Shown in pieces: positions 49,136 through 64,000 of a stretch of 64,000 bases of DNA. The position numbers and the translations under genes were made by a program. The first letter of the stretch is position 1; every line of letters begins with the position of its first letter. Source of the DNA: Bugula neritina (taxonomy: Eukaryota; Animalia; Bryozoa); NCBI GenBank assembly GCA_964035545.1, contig CAXIUT010000183.1, positions 1,302,001 to 1,366,000 on the forward strand. The letters run 5' to 3'. The notes under the pieces are model-generated. The model worked only from the letters and a program-made list of their open reading frames with translations. It was not told where the DNA came from and made no database searches.

Positions 49136-52100
49136 ACTGTAACATACTGAAATACACTGCAACATACTACCACATATTGAAATACACTGCAACACATTGA
49201 AATGTACTGCAACATACCGAAACATATGGTAAACTACTAAAATATACTGTAACACATTGAAAAATACTGCAACATACTGAAATATACTGCGACACCTAGC
49301 AATATACTGTAACATACTGAAATATGCTCTAGCACACTGAAATACAATGCAACTTACTGAAATATACTGCAACATACTGAAATACACTGCAACATCCTAC
49401 AATATGCTGAAATACACAGTAACATATTGAAATACACTGCAACACTTTGAAATATACTGCAACATACCGAAATATATGGTAAACTACTGCAACATACTAC
49501 AACATACTGAAATACACTGTAACATACTGAAATACACTGCTACATACTGAAATATACTGCAACATACTGCAACATACTGAAATACACAGTAACATACTGA
49601 AATAAACTGCAACATACTGAAATACACTGCTACATACTGAAATATGCTGCAACATACTGCAACATACTGAAATAAACTGCAACATACTACAACATATTGA
49701 AATACACTGCAACACATTGAAATATACTGCATCATACCTCAATATACGGTAATATACTGAAATTCACTGTAACGCATTGCAAAATACTGCAACATACTGA
49801 AATTCACTGCGACACACTGAAATACGCTGCAAAATACTACAACATACTGAAATAAACTGTAACATATTGAAATACACTGCAACACATTGAAAAATACTGC
49901 AACATACTGAAATTTACTGTAACACACTGAAATATACTGCAACATACTGAAATACACTGCAACATACTGAAATATACTGCAACATACTGAAATACACTGC
50001 TACATACTGAAATATACTGCAACATACTGCAACATACTGCAATACACTGTAACATACTGAAATACACTGCAACATACTACAACATATTGAAATACACTGC
50101 AACACATTGAAATACACTGCAACTTACCGAATATATGGTAAACTACTGAAATATACTGTAACGCATTGAAAAATACTGCAACATACTGAAATATATTGCG
50201 ACACATTGCAATATACTGTAACATACTGAAAAATGCTGTAGCACACTGAAATATACTGCAATTCACTGAAATATACTGCAACATACTGAAATACACCGCA
50301 ACATCCTACAACATACTGAAATACTTTGTAACATATTGAAATACACTGCAACACATTGAAATATACTGCAACATAACGAAATATATGGTAAACTAATGAA
50401 ATATATTTTAACACATTGAAAAATACTGCAACATACTGAAATATATTTTAACACATTGAAAAATACTGCAACATACTGAAATACACTGCAACACATTGAA
50501 ATATACTGCAACATACCGAAATATATGGTAAACTACTGAAATATACTGTAACACATTGAAAAATACTGCAACATACTGAAATACACTGTAACATACTGAA
50601 ATAAACTGCAACATACTACAACATATTGAAATACACTGCAACAAATTGAAATATACTGCAACATACCTAAATATACGGTAATATACTGAAATTCACTGTA
50701 ACGCATTGCAAAATACTGCAACATACTGAAATTCACTGCGACACACTGAAATACGCTGCAAAATACTACAACATACTGAAATAAACTGTAACATATTGAA
50801 ATACACTGCAACACATTGAAATATACTGCAACATAACAAAATATATGGTAAACTACTGAAATAGACTTTAACACATTGAAAAATACTGCAACATACTGAA
50901 ATACACTGTAACATACTGAAATATACTGCAACATACTGAAATACACTGCTACATACTGAAATATACTGCAACGTACTGCAACATACTCCAGCATACTGAA
51001 ATACACTGTAACATACTGAAATACACTGTAACATAATGAAGTACACTGCAACACATTGAAATATACTGCAACATGCCAAAATATATGGTAAACAACTGAA
51101 ATATACTTTAACACATTGAAAAATACTGCAACATACTGAAATATACTGCGACACTTTGCAATATACTGTAACATACCGAAATATGCTCTAGCACACTGAA
51201 ATACACTGCAACTCACTGAAATATACTGCAACATACTGAAATACACTGTGACATCCTGAAATATACTGCAACATTCTGAAATACACTGCTACATACTGAA
51301 ATATACTGCAACATACTGCAACATACTGAAATACACTGCAACATACTACAACATACTGAAATACGCTGCAACACATTGAAATATACTGCAACATACCTAA
51401 ATATACGGTAATATACCGAAATATACTGTAACGCATTGCAAAATAATGCAACATACTGAAATACACTGCGACACACTGAAATACGCTGCAAAATACTACA
51501 ACATACTGAAATAAACTGTAACACATTGAAATACACTGCAAAACATTGAAAAATAATGCAATATACTGAAATATACTGTAACACACTGAAATATACTGCA
51601 ACATACTGAAATACACTGTAACATACTGAAATATACTGTAACATACTGCAACATACTGAAATACACTGTAACATACTGAGATACACGGCCGCATACTGCA
51701 ACATATTGACCTACACTGCAACACATTGAAATATATTGCAACTTATCGAATATATGGAAAACTACTGAAATTTACTGTAACGCATTGAAAAAGACTGCAA
51801 CATACTGAAATATATTGCGACACATTGCAATATACTGTAATATACTGAAAAATGCTGTATCACACTGAAATATACTGCAATTCGCTGAAATATACTGCAA
51901 CATACTGAAATACACCGCAACATCCTACAACATACTAAAATACACTGTAACATTTCGAAATACACTGCAACACATTGAATTATACTGCAACATAACGAAA
52001 TATATGGTAAACTACTGAAATATATTTTAACAAATTGAAAAATACTGCAACATACTGAAATATACTGTAGCACACTGAAGTATACTGCAACATACTGAAA

Positions 52101-55100
52101 TACACTGTAACATACTGAAATATACTGCAACATACTGAAATACACTGCTACATACTGAAATATACTGCAACGTACTGCAACATACTGCAGCATACTGAAA
52201 TACACTGTAACATACTGGAATACACTGCAACATACTACCACATATTGAAATACACTGCAACACATTGAAATGTACTGCAACATACCGAAACATATGGTAA
52301 ACTACTAAAATATACTGTAACACATTGAAAAATACTGCAACATACTGAAATATACTGCGACACCTAGCAATATACTGTAACATACTGAAATATGCTCTAG
52401 CACACTGAAATACAATGCAACTTACTGAAATATACTGCAACATACTGAAATACACTGCAACATCCTACAATATGCTGAAATACACAGTAACATATTGAAA
52501 TACACTGCAACACTTTGAAATATACTGCAACATACCGAAATATATGGTAAACTACTGCAACATACTACAACATACTGAAATACACTGCAACACATTGAAA
52601 TATACTGCGACATACCTAAATATACGGTAATATACTGAAATATACTGTAACACATTGAAAAATACTGCAACATACTGAAATATACTGTAACACACCGAAA
52701 TATACTGCAACATACTGAAATACACTGTAACATACTGAAATACACTGCTACATACTGAAATATACTGCAACATACTGCAAGACACTGAAATACACAGTAA
52801 CATACTGAAATAAACTGCAACATACTACAACATATTGAAATACACTGCAACACATTGAAATATACTGCAACATACCTAAATATACGGTAATATACTGAAA
52901 TTCACTGTAACGCATTGCAAAATACTGCAACATACTGAAATTCACTGCGACACACTGAAATACGCTGCAAAATACTACAACATACTGAAATAAACTGTAA
53001 CGTGTTGAAATACACTGCAACACATTGAAAAATACTGCAACATACTGAAATATACTGTAACACACTGAAATATAGTGCAACATACTGAAATACACTGTAA
53101 CATACTGAAATATACTGCAACATACTGAAATACACTGCTACATACTGAAATATACTGCAACATACTGCAACATACTGCAATACACTGTAAAATACTGAAA
53201 TACACTGCAACATACTACTACAACATATCGAAATACACTGCAACACATTGAAATACACTGCAACTTACCGAATATATGGTAAACTACTGAAATATACTGT
53301 AACGCATTGAAAAGTACTGCAACATACTGAAATATATTGCGACACATTGCAATAAACTGTAACATACTGAAAAATGCTGTAGCACACTGAAATACACTGC
53401 CATTCACTGAAATATACTGCAACATACTGAAATACACCGCAACATCCTACAACATACTGAAGTACACTGTAACATATTGAAATACACTGCAACACATTGA
53501 AATATACTGCAACATACCGAAATATATCGTAAACTACTGAAATATACTGTAACACATTGAAAAAAACTGCAACATACTGAAATATACTGTAACAAACCGA
53601 AATATACTGCAACATACTGAAATACACTGTAACATACTGAAATATACTGTAACATACTGAAATACACTGCTACATACTGAAATATGCTGCAACATACTGC
53701 AACATACTGAAATAAACTGCAACATACTACAACATATTGAAATACACTGCAACACATTGAAATATACTGCAACATACCTAAATATACGGTAATATACTGA
53801 AATTCACTGTAACGCATTGCAAAATACTGCAACATACTGAAATTCACTGCGACACACTGAAATACGCTGCAAAATACTACAACATACTGAAATAAACTGT
53901 AACATATTGAAATACACTGCAACACATTGAAAGATACTGCAACATACTGAAATTTACTGTAACACACTGAAATATACTGCAACATACTGAAATACACTGT
54001 AACATACTGAAATATACTGCAACATACTGAAATACACTGCTACATACTGAAATTCACTGCGACACACTGAAATACGCTGCAAAATACTACAACATACTGA
54101 AATAAACTGTAACATATTGAAATACACTGCAACACATTGAAAGATACTGCAACATACTGAAATTTACTGTAACACACTGAAATATACTGCAACATACTGA
54201 AATACACTGTAACATACTGAAATATACTGCAACATACTGAAATACACTGCTACATACTGAAATATACTGCAATACACTGTAACATACTGAAATACGCTGC
54301 AAAATATTACAACATACTGAAATAAACTGTAACATATTGAAATACACTGCAACACATTGAAAGATACTGCAACATACTGAAATTTACTGTAACACACTGA
54401 AATATACTGCAACATGCTGAAATACACTGTAACATACTGAAATATACTGCAACATACTGAAATACACTGCAACATACTGCAACATACTGCAATACACTGT
54501 AACATACTGAAATACACTGCAACATACTACAACATATTGAAATACACTGCAACACATTGAAATACACTGCAACTTACCGAATATATGGTAAACTACTGAA
54601 ATATACTGTAACGCATTGAAAAATACTGCAACATACTGAAATATATTGCGACACATTGCAATATACTGTAACATACTGAAAAATGCTGTAGCACACTGAA
54701 ATATACTGCAATTCACTGAAATATACTGCAACATACTGAAATACACCGCAACATCCTACAACATACTGAAATACTTTGTAACATATTGAAATACACTGCA
54801 ACACATTGAAATATACTGCAACATAACGAAATATATGGTAAACTAATGAAATATATTTTAACACATTGAAAAATACTGCAACATACTGAAATATGTTTTA
54901 ACACATTGAAAAATACTGCAACATACTGAAATACACTGCAACACATTGAAATATACTGCAACATACCGAAATATATGGTAAACTACTGAAATATACTGTA
55001 ACACATTGAAAAATACTGCAACATACTGAAATACACTGTAACATACTGAAATAAACTGCAACATACTACAACATATTGAAATACACTGCAACAAATTGAA

Positions 55101-58100
55101 ATATACTGCAACATACCTAAATATACGGTAATATACTGAAAGTCACTGTAACGCATTGCAAAATACTGCAACATACTGAAATTCACTGCGACACACTGAA
55201 ATACGCTGCAAAATACTACAACATACTGAAATAAACTGTAACATATTGAAATACACTGCAACACATTGAAATATACTGCAACATAACAAAATATATGGTA
55301 AACTACTGAAATAGACTTTAACACATTGAAAAATACTGCAACATACTGAAATACACTGTAACATACTGAAATATACTGCAACATACTGAAATACACTGCT
55401 ACATACTGAAATATACTGCAACGTACTGCAACATACTCCAGCATACTGAAATACACTGTAACATACTGAAATACACTGTAACATAATGAAGTACACTGCA
55501 ACACATTGAAATATACTGCAACATGCCAAAATATATGGTAAACAACTGAAATATACTTTAACACATTGAAAAATACTGCAACATACTGAAATATACTGCG
55601 ACACTTTGCAATATACTGTAACATACCGAAATATGCTCTAGCACACTGAAATACACTGCAACTCACTGAAATATACTGCAACATACTGAAATACACTGTG
55701 ACATCCTGAAATATACTGCAACATTCTGAAATACACTGCTACATACTGAAATATACTGCAACATACTGCAACATACTGAAATACACTGCAACATACTACA
55801 ACATACTGAAATACGCTGCAACACATTGAAATATACTGCAACATACCTAAATATACGGTAATATACCGAAATATACTGTAACGCATTGCAAAATAATGCA
55901 ACATACTGAAATACACTGCGACACACTGAAATACGCTGCAAAATACTACAACATACTGAAATAAACTGTAACACATTGAAATACACTGCAAAACATTGAA
56001 AAATAATGCAATATACTGAAATATACTGTAACACACTGAAATATACTGCAACATACTGAAATACACTGTAACATACTGAAATATACTGTAACATACTGCA
56101 ACATACTGAAATACACTGTAACATACTGAGATACACTGCCGCATACTGCAACATATTGACCTACACTGCAACACATTGAAATATATTGCAACTTATCGAA
56201 TATATGGAAAACTACTGAAGTTTACTGTAACGCATTGAAAAAGACTGCAACATACTGAAATATATTGCGACACATTGCAATATACTGTAATATACTGAAA
56301 AATGCTGTATCACACTGAAATATACTGCAATTCGCTGAAATATACTGCAACATACTGAAATACACCGCAACATCCTACAACATACTAAAATACACTGTAA
56401 CATTTCGAAATACACTGCAACACATTGAATTATACTGCAACATAACGAAATATATGGTAAACTACTGAAATATATTTTAACAAATTGAAAAATACTGCAA
56501 CATACTGAAATATACTGTAGCACACTGAAGTATACTGCAACATACTGAAATACACTGTAACATACTGAAATATACTGCAACATACTGAAATACACTGCTA
56601 CATACTGAAATATACTGCAACGTACTGCAACATACTGCAGCATACTGAAATACACTGTAACATACTGAAATACACTGCAACATACTACCACATATTGAAA
56701 TACACTGCAACACATTGAAATGTACTGCAACATACCGAAACATATGGTAAACTACTAAAATATACTGTAACACATTGAAAAATACTGCAACATACTGAAA
56801 TATACTGCGACACCTAGCAATATACTGTAACATACTGAAATATGCTCTAGCACACTGAAATACAATGCAACTTACTGAAGTATACTGCAACATACTGAAA
56901 TACACTGCAACATCCTACAATATGCTGAAATACACAGTAACATATTGAAATACACTGCAACACTTTGAAATATACTGCAACATACCGAAATATATGGTAA
57001 ACTACTGCAACATACTACAACATACTGAAATACACTGCAACACATTGAAATATACTGCGACATACCTAAATATACGGTAATATACTGAAATATACTGTAA
57101 CACATTGAAAAATACTGCAACATACTGAAATATACTGTAACACACCGAAATATACTGCAACATACTGAAATACACTGTAACATACTGAAATACACTGCTA
57201 CATACTGAAATATACTGCAACATACTGCAAGACACTGAAATACACAGTAACATACTGAAATAAACTGCAACATACTACAACATATTGAAATACACTGCAA
57301 CACATTGAAATATACTGCAACATACCTAAATATACGGTAATATACTGAAATTCACTGTAACGCATTGCAAAATACTGCAACATACTGAAATTCACTGCGA
57401 CACACTGAAATACGCTGCAAAATACTACAACATACTGAAATAAACTGTAACGTGTTGAAATACACTGCAACACATTGAAAAATACTGCAACATACTGAAA
57501 TATACTGTAACACACTGAAATATACTGCAACATACTGAAATACACTGTAACATACTGAAATATACTGCAACATACTGAAATACACTGCTACATACTGAAA
57601 TATACTGCAACATACTGCAACATACTGCAATACACTGTAAAATACTGAAATACACTGCAACATACTACTACAACATATCGAAATACACTGCAACACATTG
57701 AAATACACTGCAACTTACCGAATATATGGTAAACTACTGAAATATACTGTAACGCATTGAAAAGTACTGCAACATACTGAAATATATTGCGACACATTGC
57801 AATAAACTGTAACATACTGAAAAATGCTGTAGCACACTGAAATACACTGCCATTCACTGAAATATACTGCAACATACTGAAATACACCGCAACATCCTAC
57901 AACATACTGAAGTACACTGTAACATATTGAAATACACTGCAACACATTGAAATATACTGCAACATACCGAAATATATCGTAAACTACTGAAATATACTGT
58001 AACACATTGAAAAAAACTGCAACATACTGAAATATACTGTAACAAACCGAAATATACTGCAACATACTGAAATACACTGTAACATACTGAAATATACTGT

Positions 58101-61100
58101 AACATACTGAAATACACTGCTACATACTGAAATATGCTGCAACATACTGCAACATACTGAAATAAACTGCAACATACTACAACATATTGAAATACACTGC
58201 AACACATTGAAATATACTGCAACATACCTAAATATACGGTAATATACTGAAATTCACTGTAACGCATTGCAAAATACTGCAACATACTGAAATTCACTGC
58301 GACACACTGAAATACGCTGCAAAATACTACAACATACTGAAATAAACTGTAACATATTGAAATACACTGCAACACATTGAAAGATACTGCAACATACTGA
58401 AATTTACTGTAACACACTGAAATATACTGCAACATACTGAAATACACTGTAACATACTGAAATATACTGCAACATACTGAAATACACTGCTACATACTGA
58501 AATATACTGCAACATACTGCAACATACTGCAATACACTGTAACATACTGAAATACACTGCAACATACTACAACATATTGAAATACACTGCAACACATTGA
58601 AATACACTGCAACTCACCGAATATATGGTAAACTACTGAAATATACTGTAACGCATTGAAAAATACTGCAACATACTGAAATATATTGCGACACATTGCA
58701 ATATACTGTAACATACTGAAAAATGCTGTAGCACACTGAAATATACTGCAATTCACTGAAATATACTGCAACATACTGAAATACACCGCAACATCCTACA
58801 ACATACTGAAATACTTTGTAACATATTGAAATACACTGCAACACATTGAAATATACTGCAACATAACGAAATATATGGTAAACTAATGAAATATATTTTA
58901 ACACATTGAAAAATACTGCAACATACTGAAATATATTTTAACACATTGAAAAATACTGCAACATACTGAAATACACTGCAACACATTGAAATATACTGCA
59001 ACATACCTAAATATACGGTAATATACTGAAATTCACTGTAACGCATTGCAAAATACTGCAACATAATGAAATTCACTGCGACACACTGAAATACGCTGCA
59101 AAATACTACAACATACTGAAATAAACTGTAACATATTGAAATACACTGCAACACATTGAAATATACTGCAACATAACAAAATATATGGTAAACTACTGAA
59201 ATAGACTTTAACACATTGAAAAATACTGCAACATACTGAAATACACTGTAACATACTGAAATATACTGCAACATACTGAAATACACTGCTACATACTGAA
59301 ATATACTGCAACGTACTGCAACATACTCCAGCATACTGAAATACACTGTAACATACTGAAATACACTGCAACATACTACCACATATTGAAATACACTGCA
59401 ACACATTGAAATGTACTGCAACATACCGAAATATATGGTAAACTACTAAAATATACTGTAACATATTGAAAAATACTGCAACATACTGAAATATACTGCG
59501 ACACCTAGCAATATACTGTAACATACTGAAATATGCTCTAGCACACTGAAATACAATGCAACACATTGAAATATACTGCAACATACCTAAATATACGGTA
59601 ATATACTGAAATTCACTGTAACGCATTGCAAAATACTGCAACATACTGAAATACACTGCAACATACTACCACATATTGAAATACACTGCAACATATTGAA
59701 ATACACTGCAACACATTGAAAAATACTGCAACATACTGAAATATACTGTAACACACTGAAATATACTGCAACATACTGAAATACACTGTAACATACTGAA
59801 ATATACTGCAACATACTGAAATACACTGCTACATACTGAAATATACTGCAACATACTGCAACGTACTGCAATACACTGTAACATACTGAAATACACTGCA
59901 ATATACTACAACATATTGAAATACACTGCAACACATTGAAATACACTGCAACTTACCGAATATATGGTAAACTACTGAAATATACTGTAACGCATTGAAA
60001 AATACTGCAACATACTGAAATATATTGCGACACATTGCAATATACTGTAACATACTGAAATATACTGTAACACACCGAAATATACTGCAACATACTGAAA
60101 TACACTGTAACATACTGAAATATACTGCAACATACTGAAATACACTGCTACATACTGCAACATACTGCAACATACTGAAATACACTGTAACATACTGAAA
60201 TAAACTGCAACATACTACAACATATTGAAATACACTGCAACACATTGAAATATACTGCTACATACCTAAATATACGGTAATATACTGAAATATACTGTAA
60301 CACATTGAAAAAACTGCAACATACTGAAATACACTGCAACGCACTGAAATACACCGCAAAATACTACAACATGCTGAAATACACTGTAACATATTGAAAT
60401 CCACTGCAACACATTGAAATATACTGCAACATACCGAAATATATGGTAAACTAATGAAATATACTGTAACACATTGAAAAATACCGCAACATACTGAAAT
60501 ATACTGCGACACATTGCAATATACTGTAACATATTGAAAAATGCTGTAGCACACTGAAATACACTGCAACATCCTACAACATACCTAAATATACTGTAAC
60601 ATATTGAAATACACTGCAAGAAATTGAAATAGACTGCAACATAACAAAATATATGGTAAACTACTGAAATAGACTTTAACACATTGAAAAATACTGCAAC
60701 ATACAGAAATATACTGTAACACACTGAAATATACTGCAACATACTGAAATACACTGTAACATTCTGAAACATACTGCAACATACTGAAATACACTGCTAC
60801 ATACTGAAATATACTGCAACATACTGCAAAATACTGCAACATACTGAAATACACTGTAACATATTGAAGTACACTGCAACACATTGAAATGTACTGCAAC
60901 ATGCCAAAATATATGGTAAACAACTGAAATATACTTTAACACATTGAAAAATACTGCAACATACTGAAATATACTGCGACACTTTGCAATATACTGTAAC
61001 ATACCGAAATATGCTCTAGCACACTGAAATACACTGCAACTCACTGAAATATACTGCAACATACTGAAATACACTGTGACATCCTGAAATATACTGCAAC

Positions 61101-61746
61101 ATTCTGAAATACACTGCTACATACTGAAATATACTGCAACATACTGCAACATACTGAAATACACTGCAACATACTACAACATACTGAAATACGCTGCAAC
61201 ACATTGAAATATACTGCAACATACCTAAATATACGGTAATATACCGAAATATACTGTAACGCATTGCAAAATAATGCAACATACTGAAGTACACTGCGAC
61301 ACACTGAAATACGCTGCAAAATACTACAACATACTGAAATAAACTGTAACACATTGAAATACACTGCAATACATTGAAAAATAATGCAATATACTGAAAT
61401 ATACTGTAACACACTGAAATATACTGCAACATACTGAAATACACTGTAACATACTGAAATATACTGTAACATACTGCAACATACTGAAATACACTGTAAC
61501 ATACTGAGATACACTGCCGCATACTGCAACATATTGAACTACACTGCAACACATTGAAATATATTGCAACTTATCGAATATATGGAAAACTACTGAAATT
61601 TACTGTAACGCATTGCAAAATAATGTAACATACTGAAATACACTGCGGCACACTGAAATACGCTGCAAAATACTACAACATACTGAAATAAACTGTAACA
61701 CATTGAAATACACTGCAATACATTGAAAAATAATGCAGTATACTGA
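44238..61746. repeat. Large near-identical segmental repeat, copy 2
   Basis: Collinear with 1-17500. Only about ten differences seen by eye, including an extra 10-mer near 45430, a 1-bp deletion near 48741 and SNPs near 46836, 48074, 53075, 54307 and 56220. Confidence 0.93.
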
Positions 61747-61952
61747 AATATACTGTAACACACTGAAATATACTGCAACATACTGAAATACACTGTAACA
61801 TACTGAAATATACTGTAACATACTGCAACATACTGAAATACACTGTAACATACTGAGATACACTGCCGCATACTGCAACATATTGAACTACACTGTAACA
61901 CATTGAAATATATTGCAACTTATCGAATATATGGTAAACTACTGAAATTTAC
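61255..61952. repeat. Slightly diverged 349-bp tandem duplication
   Basis: ORFs 61324/61673 are offset by 349. GAGATACACTGCCGC and TTGAACTACAC each occur twice. Confidence 0.85.
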
Positions 61953-64000
61953 TGTAACGCATTGAAAAAGACTGCAACATACTGAAATATATTGCGACAC
62001 ATTGCAATATACTGTAATATACTGAAAAATGCTGTATCACACTGAAATATACTGCAATTCGCTGAAATATACTGCAACATACTGAAATACACCGCAACAT
62101 CCTACAACATACTAAAATACACTGTAACATTTCGAAATACACTGCAACACATTGAATTATACTGCAACATAACGAAATATATGGTAAACTACTGAAATAT
62201 ATTTTAACAAATTGAAAAATACTGCAACATACTGAAATATACTGTAACACACTGAAGTATACTGCAACATACTGAAATACACTGTAACATACTGAAATAT
62301 ACTGCAACATACTGAAATACACTACTACATACTGAAATATACTGCAACGTACTGCAACATACTGCAGCATACTGAAATACACTGTAACATACTGAAATAC
62401 ACTGCAACATACTACCACATATTGAAATACACTGCAACACATTGAAATGTACTGCAACATACCGAAATATATGGTAAACTACTAAAATATACTGTAACAC
62501 ATTGAAAAATACTGCAACATACTGAAATATACTGCGACACCTAGCAATATACTGTAACATACTGAAATATGCTCTAGCACACTGAAATACAATGCAACTT
62601 ACTGAAATTTACTGCAACATACTGAAATACACTGCAACATCCTACAATATGCTGAAATACACAGTAACATATTGAAATACACTGCAACACTTTGAAATAT
62701 ACTGCAACATACCGAAATATATGGTAAACTACTGCAACATACTACAACATACTGAAATACACTGCAACACATTGAAATATACTGCGACATACCTAAATAT
62801 ACGGTAATATACTGAAATATACTGTAACACATTGAAAAATACTGCAACATACTGAAATATACTGCAACACACCGAAATATACTGCAACATACTGAAATAC
62901 ACTGTAACATACTGAAATACACTGCTACATACTGAAATATACTGCAACATACTGCAACATACTGAAATACACAGTAACATACTGAAATAAACTGCAACAT
63001 ACTACAACATATTGAAATACACTGCAACACATTGAAATATACTGCAACATACCTAAATATACGGTAATATACTGAAATTCACTGTAACGCATTGCAAAAT
63101 ACTGCAACATACTGAAATTCACTGCGACACACTGAAATACGCTGCAAAATACTACAACATACTGAAATAAACTGTAACATGTTGAAATACACTGCAACAC
63201 ATTGAAAAATACTGCAACATACTGAAATATACTGTAACACACTGAAATATACTGCAACATACTGAAATACACTGTAACATACTGAAATATACTGCAACAT
63301 ACTGAAATACACTGCTACATACTGAAATATACTGCAACATACTGCAACATACTGCAATACACTGTAAAATACTGAAATACACTGCAACATACTACTACAA
63401 CATATCGAAATACACTGCAACACATTGAAATACACTGCAACTTACCGAATATATGGTAAACTACTGAAATATACTGTAACGCATTGAAAAGTACTGCAAC
63501 ATACTGAAATATATTGCGACACATCGCAATACACTGTAACATACTGAAAAATGCTGTAGCACACTGAAATACACTGCCATTCACTGAAATATACTGCAAC
63601 ATACTGAAATACACCGCAACATCCTACAACATACTGAAGTACACTGTAACATATTGAAATACACTGCAACACATTGAAATATACTGCAACATACCGAAAT
63701 ATATCGTAAACTACTGAAATATACTGTAACACATTGAAAAAAACTGCAACATACTGAAATATACTGTAACAAACCGAAATATACTGCAACATACTGAAAG
63801 ACACTGTAACATACTGAAATATACTGTAACATACTGAAATACACTGCTACATACTGAAATATGCTGCAACATACTGCAACATACTGAAATAAACTGCAAC
63901 ATACTACAACATATTGAAATACACTGCAACACATTAAAATATACTGCAACATACCTAAATATACGGTAATATACTGAAATTCACTGTAACGCATTGCAAA

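Larger units (their letters stand above)
29884..64000. repeat. Tandem satellite array (same 10/20-bp family), right of the insertion; probably continues past the window end
   Basis: Same units, variants and orientation as the left arm. The array resumes in register (TA|CCTAAATATACGG) directly after the insertion. Confidence 0.99.

Noticed and set aside
265-63994. Hundreds of minus-strand Cys/Tyr/Val/Phe-rich ORFs
   Set aside because: They are translations of a stop-free satellite strand. They overlap in all three frames with the same peptide, the period (10/20 bp) is not a multiple of 3, and there are no unique domains.
1-64000. CRISPR array or other repeat-spacer system
   Set aside because: There are no unique spacers: all inter-landmark sequence is the same 10-mer family. 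No cas genes or leader are present.
1-64000. Telomerase-made telomeric repeat (strand-asymmetric short unit)
   Set aside because: No G-runs or known telomere motif. The length, inherited variants and kb-scale duplications fit recombination/replication-driven satellite evolution.
1-64000. Short dyads (TACA-C-TGTA, TGAA-A-TTCA, TTGCAA) as cruciform-forming sites
   Set aside because: Stems of 4 bp or less follow trivially from the repeat composition; there are no long inverted repeats or array inversions outside the transposon.

Overview
Eukaryotic tandem satellite DNA with no credible protein-coding or RNA genes. About 63.2 kb is one uniformly oriented array of 10-bp units, mostly alternating as a 20-bp dimer (consensus CATACTGAAA-TAYACTGYAA, ~30% GC, A-rich and G-poor on +). 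The array is hierarchical: 10 bp, then 20 bp, then 140-390 bp blocks marked by a GGTAA variant (alternating types suggest an older ~540-bp unit), then chained 1.9-4.45 kb tandem duplications, and finally a near-identical >=17.5 kb segment repeated ~44.24 kb away. The only non-satellite sequence is one 755-bp non-autonomous DNA transposon (29129-29883). It has 24-bp TIRs (CAC...GTG), a TA target-site duplication confirmed by empty paralogous sites, an internal 180-bp-period repeat, and a TTAA-GGG...CCC-TTAA signature inside its TIRs. All listed minus-strand ORFs are by-products of a consensus that has no stop codon on that strand. Duplication boundaries were read by eye from ORF-track offsets and diagnostic variants and are approximate (tens of bp).
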